A stretch of 64,000 nucleotides of DNA from positions 147,453-211,452 of the forward strand of contig JBBPII010000004.1 in assembly GCA_038040385.1 (NCBI GenBank), written 5' to 3'. The notes under the pieces were generated by a model, which saw only the letters and a list, made by a program, of their open reading frames with translations, was not told the origin of the DNA and did not search any database. Positions within the stretch are counted from its first letter, which is position 1; every line of letters starts with the position of its first letter. This DNA is from Candidatus Gilichinskyi gelida (GTDB taxonomy: Bacteria; Acidobacteriota; Thermoanaerobaculia; Gp7-AA8). The position numbers and the translations under genes were made by a program. Positions 58,715 through 64,000 of this stretch are shown here, in pieces.

Positions 58715-61628
58715 GAAACGGATCTTCCTCGTTGTTTTCCTGTCGTTTTTCGCCCTGTCGCTGTTTGCCGCCGACGCAGCGAAGGAATGCTCGATTTGCG
58801 TCGGTGCGGTCACCGATCTGACGGCCATTCCCGCAACACCCGTGCCGCAGCTGGCGCAGATCCGGGAGGACGACCTCGCCGCCGCCGGCGCGGCGCTCGA
58901 CGCCATGACGCCGGAGGCGCGCGCTCACACGGCGATCGTCGTCAGCTACACCGTCGACCGCAACAAAGACCCCCTCCTCGACATCGAGACCCACACCAAG
59001 GCCATCATCGAATGGGCGCGCCAGCACGGGCCGCTCGACGCCATCGGCATCGCCGTCGAGGGCACCGACGCCGCGCAGACCACGTACGCCATCAAGCGCC
59101 TCGCGGTCAGCGCGCAGGGGCAGAACGCCGCTTCGCGCATCGTCCTCCCGTGGACGGCGATCGACGATCTGACGAAGTTGGCCGACGCCGGTGCGATGCC
59201 ATACGTCGACGCCCTGCTCGTCGACGCCGCGAACGTCACGTCCACCGCCGCATGGATCGTCGAGAAGGACCCGGCCAAGAAGATCTGGGCCATCGTCGCG
59301 CCGCAGTCGCCGAACGCGTTCTACGACCTCGGACGCGCCATCGCCGACGGCGCGACGCGCGCCTACCTCGCGCGCACTCCCGACGCGGAAACCTTCGCTT
59401 CGCTCGCGGCGTTCGACCGCGCGCTGATCGGCGAGTACGCCTACGACGCCACCGCCCGCATCGAGAGCCTCGACGCGAAGGGCAACAAGATCGACGCGCC
59501 GGCGCTGGCGTTCGTGCGCGGCGAAGACCTCCGCACCATCGTCATCCCCCGCGGCGACGCCGCGGCGGCGACCATCACCTCGCTCCCCGGCGACTTCTAC
59601 ATCCGCCCGCGCCGCGTCGACGCCGCCGGCGAGCGCGAGCTGTCCGACGTCGGACAGAAAGGCGGCCGCTTCCTCATCGGCGTGCAGCCGGTCAAGCGCC
59701 CATTCGTCTTCACCGTGGAGCACAACGAGAAGCCCCGCCCGAACGTGACGAAAGAAGCGCTGGAAGTGGCGACGCAGCGCGGCATCAGCGTCGAGGAGAT
59801 CATCCGCAACCATCAGGCGTACAAGGCCTTCCAGGACTCCATTCAGCCGCGCTACGTCGCCCAGAACACCACCAAGCTCCGCTTCACCATTCAGGGGGGC
59901 GAAGCGCTGGAGGCGGCGATCTCCGGCAAGTACTTCTCCGATCCGAACGTCCGCGCCGACTGGGTGTGGAGCGACTTCTACATCAACGGCGTGCGGTGGA
60001 AGTACGGGCGCATCCCCGAGCTGCCGCTCATCCAACCGGAAAAAGTCACGCAGCTTCCGCTCGACATCCACCTCACCAACGAATATCGCTATCAGTTCGT
60101 CCGGGAGACCGACCTCCTCGGATATCGCGTTTACGAAGTCCGCTTCGAGCCGCCGCAGAACGCGCCGGAGTCGTTACCGCTGTACCGCGGTACGGTTTGG
60201 ATCGACACCCGGACATGGGCGCGCGTGCGCATCTCCATGGTGCAGCTCAACCTCACCGGGAACGTCCTATCCAACGAGGAGCGGGTCGACTTTGCGCCTT
60301 TCACACGACCCTCACCCCCAGCCCCTCTCCCGCAAGCGGGAGAGGGTGGCCGAAGGCCGGGTGAGGGCCTGACCGCAGCGGACGTCTCGAAGATGGACGC
60401 CCGCGAGATTCTCTGGCTGCCGTTCGACATCGGCGCGCAGCAGGTGGTCTCCGCGGCCGGGCGGGCGAACGTCGTCCTCCGCTCCACCACCTTTACCAAC
60501 TTCCGCATCGAGCCCGAGGACTTCGAGCAGAGCCTCGCGGAGGCGTCCGCGTCGGACGCGCGCATGGTGCGCGAGACCAGGGCCGGCATGCGTTACCTCG
60601 AGAAGAGCGGCAGCGGGGAGCGGGTGGTCAAGGAGGGATTCGAGAGCTCGCGCAAGTTCCTCCTCGGCGGCATCCATCACGACGCCGGGCTGGAGTATCC
60701 GGTCGTGCCGCTCGGAGGCGTCGACTACTTTGACTTCGACCTCTGGGACAAGGGCATCCAGGCCAACGTCTTCTTCGCCGGCGTGGTCGTCTCGGCCAAC
60801 GCCACGCATCCGAACGTGGCCAACACGCGCACCAACCTCGGCGCCGACTTCTTCGCCATCGCCGTCCCCACTACGAATTCGATGTACCGCGCCGGCCTGG
60901 AGCAGAAGACCGAAGCGGTGAAGGCGCTTCCGACCTGGCTCGCGCTGCGCGGCGGACATCCCTTCGCCACCTTCGGCAAGATCGACTTCCAGCTCGGCCT
61001 CGGGCACATTTCGTACAAGCGCGCCGACGACACCGACCCCTCGTTCACCGTTCCGTCGAGCACCTTTCTCCTCAGCCCGACGGTGACCGCGCACTACGCG
61101 CGGTGGGGCTACACCGCGGCTGCGTGGTACGACTACACGCGCCGCACGAAGTGGGAACCGTGGGGCGTCCTCTCCGAGTACGACCCGAACCAGAAGAGCT
61201 TCGCCACCTTCGGCGCGTCGCTCGGCAAGAGCTTCTATCTTCCGAAGTTCCAGCGCCTCGGCCTCGAGGTCGACTACCTCGACGGAACGCGCCTCGACCG
61301 CTTCTCGAAATACGAGCTCGGATTCTTCGGCACGCAGCGCATCCACGGCGTCCGCTCCGGAACGGTGCGCGCGGAGAGGGCCATCCTCGGCCACGTGTCG
61401 TACGGCTTCGTGCTCTCCGATCAGATCCGGATGGAGGCGTTCTACGACCACGGCCTGATCGACGACGGCGTCGCCGGCTACCGCCGCGAGCCGTTCCAGG
61501 GGGTCGGCATCGCCGGGCAGACGGTCGGGCCGTACGGAACGCTGCTGCGCCTCGACATCGGGAAGATGGTGGGACGCAACGCGCAGAGCGGCTTCGTGGC
61601 GAACGTGGTGTTCCTGAAGCTGTTCTGA
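58713..61628 (+). CDS. large exported protein with probable C-terminal outer-membrane beta-barrel
   Basis: The signal peptide is MKRIFLVVFLSFFALSLFAADA. The C-terminal half has alternating beta-strand patterns and ends ...NVVFLKLF (terminal Phe). An in-frame REP family D copy lies at 60309-60367. Confidence 0.65.
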   Translation: MKRIFLVVFLSFFALSLFAADAAKECSICVGAVTDLTAIPATPVPQLAQIREDDLAAAGAALDAMTPEARAHTAIVVSYTVDRNKDPLLDIETHTKAIIEWARQHGPLDAIGIAVEGTDAAQTTYAIKRLAVSAQGQNAASRIVLPWTAIDDLTKLADAGAMPYVDALLVDAANVTSTAAWIVEKDPAKKIWAIVAPQSPNAFYDLGRAIADGATRAYLARTPDAETFASLAAFDRALIGEYAYDATARIESLDAKGNKIDAPALAFVRGEDLRTIVIPRGDAAAATITSLPGDFYIRPRRVDAAGERELSDVGQKGGRFLIGVQPVKRPFVFTVEHNEKPRPNVTKEALEVATQRGISVEEIIRNHQAYKAFQDSIQPRYVAQNTTKLRFTIQGGEALEAAISGKYFSDPNVRADWVWSDFYINGVRWKYGRIPELPLIQPEKVTQLPLDIHLTNEYRYQFVRETDLLGYRVYEVRFEPPQNAPESLPLYRGTVWIDTRTWARVRISMVQLNLTGNVLSNEERVDFAPFTRPSPPAPLPQAGEGGRRPGEGLTAADVSKMDAREILWLPFDIGAQQVVSAAGRANVVLRSTTFTNFRIEPEDFEQSLAEASASDARMVRETRAGMRYLEKSGSGERVVKEGFESSRKFLLGGIHHDAGLEYPVVPLGGVDYFDFDLWDKGIQANVFFAGVVVSANATHPNVANTRTNLGADFFAIAVPTTNSMYRAGLEQKTEAVKALPTWLALRGGHPFATFGKIDFQLGLGHISYKRADDTDPSFTVPSSTFLLSPTVTAHYARWGYTAAAWYDYTRRTKWEPWGVLSEYDPNQKSFATFGASLGKSFYLPKFQRLGLEVDYLDGTRLDRFSKYELGFFGTQRIHGVRSGTVRAERAILGHVSYGFVLSDQIRMEAFYDHGLIDDGVAGYRREPFQGVGIAGQTVGPYGTLLRLDIGKMVGRNAQSGFVANVVFLKLF
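60309..60367. repeat. REP family D copy inside a coding sequence
   Basis: CCCTCACCC...CCCTCTCCCGC-AA-GCGGGAGAGGG...GGGTGAGGG. Confidence 0.85.
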
Positions 61629-61631
61629 CGA

Positions 61632-61745
61632 CCCTCACCCGGCCCTTCGCTGCGCTCAGGGCCACCCTCTCCCGCAAGCGGGAGAGGGGCCCGGTTGTCC
61701 TTCTCCCGCTTGCGGGAGAAGGTGCCGCGAAGCGGCGGATGAGGG
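61632..61745. repeat. REP family D composite copy (two hairpins), intergenic between convergent genes
   Basis: The hairpins CCCTCTCCCGCAAGCGGGAGAGGG and CCTTCTCCCGCTTGCGGGAGAAGG are nested between CCCTCACCC and GGATGAGGG. Confidence 0.85.
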
Positions 61746-61750
61746 CTGCG

Positions 61751-62212
61751 TCAGATCCGGACGGTGACCTCGCCGGCGCCGTCCGCGGCGCGGCGCTTCG
61801 GCAGCCTCGACGCACAGTTGTTCACCTCGGCGAGGAGAGCGTCGAGGCTGACCGGCTTGCGGAGGATGGCGGCGACCTGCTGATGCAGGCTGTCGACCAC
61901 CGCGTCGGGCATCCCAGTCACGACGATGATGCGGCGGAGGATCTCCGGCTTCTCACGCTGCACGAGGCTCAGTACCGTCGCGCCGTGTACCGACGGCATG
62001 GAGAGATCGAGCAGGATGGCGGCGTATTCGTTGTCCTGAATCTTCTCCAAAGCCTCGCGGCCGTTCGCGGCCACGTCGGTGACGAAGCCCGCTTTGGTCA
62101 GCGCGACCGAGCAGAGATCGCGCACCGCGGGATCATCGTCGGCGCAGAGAACGCGCGGCGCGCCGACCGCCCTGGCGAGGGAGTGGAACACCTCGGAGAG
62201 TGAGAGCTTCAT
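61751..62212 (-). CDS. stand-alone response-regulator receiver domain protein
   Basis: VLCADDDPAVRD ... AAILLDLSMPSVHG ... VTGMP ... RKP (CheY-like D, D, T/S, K positions). Confidence 0.8.
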   Translation of the reverse strand: MKLSLSEVFHSLARAVGAPRVLCADDDPAVRDLCSVALTKAGFVTDVAANGREALEKIQDNEYAAILLDLSMPSVHGATVLSLVQREKPEILRRIIVVTGMPDAVVDSLHQQVAAILRKPVSLDALLAEVNNCASRLPKRRAADGAGEVTVRI

Positions 62213-62233
62213 TGCCAGGCCAGCCCTGCAAAC

Positions 62234-62262
62234 GGTAGGCCGGGCGCGCGCCCGGCCTTACC
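62234..62262 (-). terminator. GC-rich hairpin 2 nt after the stop of the 62264..63862 gene
   Basis: GGTAGGCCGGGCG-CG-CGCCCGGCCTTACC. The U-tract on the transcribed strand is weak. Confidence 0.45.
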
Positions 62263-62263
62263 A

Positions 62264-63862
62264 TCACGGAACTGCGTTGGCGTTCTGGGTGTAGAAGTCG
62301 ACCGAGCCGATCTCGGTCTTCTGTCCAAAGAAGTCGACGACGCGAACCGTCAGACGGTGACGCTCATTCGGCAACTTGGTGGTGTCGTACGTGAAGCGCC
62401 AGCCGGAGTTCAATGTGTTCCGCAGGAACGGATACTGTTCCTGAACGTCCGGGCGAGGGAACCCATACTGCGCGAGGCCAACCGTCGTGCCGTCGACGAT
62501 GATCTCCACCGAGCTGATCTGGCCGACCTCTGAGGCCGCCCATCCCTGGAAGACCACGCTGCCCTTCATGTAGTCGAAGGGAGCCGGCACGTCGATGAAG
62601 CCTTGGGCGGAGAAGACGCGCTGTTCGGCACACTGGAAGAACACCGGCAGCCCCTGCGGGCCCGGCAGCTCGGTGAAGGTCTGCTGTTGATCGCCGACCC
62701 GCACTTTCAGGATGTGGTTGCCCGGGCGGACGCCGAGGGCCAGCAACGCGCCGACGTCCATGGTGAAGAGGTAGCCGGCGCGCGGCACATCGGGATAGTT
62801 CGGGTAGTACTTCTGCACGTCGTAGCGCGTCAGGCCGTAGCAGTTGGTGAAGGTGTTGAAGAGCGTGTTGAAGGCGCAGTCGTCGCTGGAGTACCAGCGG
62901 ACGCCGTCCACCATCAGCTCGACGTAGGCCACGCGCCCGGTATCGGTGCGCGTGCCGAGGTCGAGGGCCCAACCGCGGACGGGAGTGACGTGCGCCTGCG
63001 GATTCGCCGCCGGTGAGACGACAGGGATGGTGGCGCAAAGCGTTCCGTACAGCACGGCGTCGCGCTTCGGCTCGTCGATGTAGCCGAACGGCTTGAGGTT
63101 CGCCTCATCATTGAAGACCTGAATCTGACGGCGGCCGATCAGGCGCGAGAGGCCCTGGCGATCGGTGGCCTTCACTTCCAGCAGATGGATGCCGTCGACG
63201 ATGCGGGTTGAGTCGATGTTGGCGATGAAGGAGCTGTAGAGCGCCGCGGGGAAGTCGGGATAGGTGTTGGCCACGTCGGGACGCGCGTCGCCGTAGACCG
63301 CCGCCTGCAGGATGCCGCCGTCGACGTAGACGTCGACCGTGGCGACGCCGTCAGTGTCGAGCGCCCAACCCTGCACCGGGAACGAGCCGGAAGCGTTGTA
63401 GGCGAAGGCGACGTCGGGGATGTCGACATTGCCGAACGGCGCCTGGTTGATGGTGTTGTCGATGTCGATGGTGCGCCGGCCGAGGGGGGTGACGCGGTTG
63501 TCGCTGGTGACTACCCGCACTTCGACGGTGTGGGTCCCGTTGCTGAAACGGCTGGCGAGGATGCCGACCTGGAAGCCGGGCGCGATGTTCTGGATGCCCG
63601 GCCACTGCGGATAGGCCTCGATGACGTCGATGCGGGGCAGGCCACGATTGGCCAGCGCGATGAACTGGTCATCGACGTAGACCTGGATGTCGGAGATCTG
63701 CGCCGGATCGAGCGCCCATCCTTTGAAAAAGATGACGCCCGACTGCTTGGCGTTCGGATCAGGGAAATCCAGCGCGCCGACGAACTCCAGCTGAGCGAAC
63801 AGCGCGGGCGCCGAACACAACAGAACGGCGAGAATCAGGCAGCGGGTAACCCATCTCCACAT
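62264..63862 (-). CDS. secreted protein made of four tandem ~115-150 aa modules
   Basis: The signal peptide is MWRWVTRCLILAVLLCSAPALFA. There are four repeats of the pattern G..F.GWALD....V..V.VYVDG......YG..RPDV...YP. Confidence 0.7.
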   Translation of the reverse strand: MWRWVTRCLILAVLLCSAPALFAQLEFVGALDFPDPNAKQSGVIFFKGWALDPAQISDIQVYVDDQFIALANRGLPRIDVIEAYPQWPGIQNIAPGFQVGILASRFSNGTHTVEVRVVTSDNRVTPLGRRTIDIDNTINQAPFGNVDIPDVAFAYNASGSFPVQGWALDTDGVATVDVYVDGGILQAAVYGDARPDVANTYPDFPAALYSSFIANIDSTRIVDGIHLLEVKATDRQGLSRLIGRRQIQVFNDEANLKPFGYIDEPKRDAVLYGTLCATIPVVSPAANPQAHVTPVRGWALDLGTRTDTGRVAYVELMVDGVRWYSSDDCAFNTLFNTFTNCYGLTRYDVQKYYPNYPDVPRAGYLFTMDVGALLALGVRPGNHILKVRVGDQQQTFTELPGPQGLPVFFQCAEQRVFSAQGFIDVPAPFDYMKGSVVFQGWAASEVGQISSVEIIVDGTTVGLAQYGFPRPDVQEQYPFLRNTLNSGWRFTYDTTKLPNERHRLTVRVVDFFGQKTEIGSVDFYTQNANAVP

Positions 63863-64000
63863 AACCCCAACCTCCAACCCCAAAATGACCTTGCCCGTGT
63901 TATGTGACCGGCCGGAGAAACGCCGATCCGCTATGGTTTTGCGCGAGTTTATACTAAGCAAGGTGACTTCTTCAAATATCGATGTGACAAGGTAGTGGGT

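Overview
Gene-dense, high-GC bacterial chromosomal window. Hand counts give about 65-80% GC in most genes, with a few low-GC patches. I can support about 55 CDS and 2 tRNAs. There is no rRNA and no CRISPR array.

The left half (1-31.5 kb) looks accessory. It starts with a TPR-CHAT protein, a small low-GC ORF and a cytoplasmic S8 protease (835-5881). Next comes a ~25.3 kb segment bounded by a 44-nt direct repeat of the 3' half of tRNA-Thr(CGT): a fragment at 6177-6220 and the intact tRNA at 31481-31556. This segment carries VapBC, an SNF2 helicase with a SWIM protein, a RecD2-like helicase, a Uma2 nuclease and a K+ channel with an OmpA-like insertion.

The most interesting feature of that segment is a nine-gene, translationally coupled operon (15636-31453). 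It encodes two zinc-ribbon P-loop GTPases, two large paralogous partner proteins, membrane proteins, a divergent SEDS (RodA/FtsW-like) protein and a class-B PBP-like transpeptidase. This operon is my main candidate for an undescribed system.

The right half is mostly housekeeping: yceD-rpmF-plsX...fabD-fabG, three GT4 glycosyltransferases, lgt, cca, hpt, uppP, rnj, a Ser/Thr kinase next to an FHA-GGDEF protein, and asnS. It is peppered with at least four palindromic REP-like repeat families. One family flanks a RAYT (IS200-like Y1 transposase) gene in inverted orientation. Several copies donate stop or start codons or sit in frame inside coding regions.

Many long ORFs in the six-frame track are antisense or shadow ORFs typical of high-GC DNA, and I rejected them. 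The taxon cannot be determined from the sequence alone.
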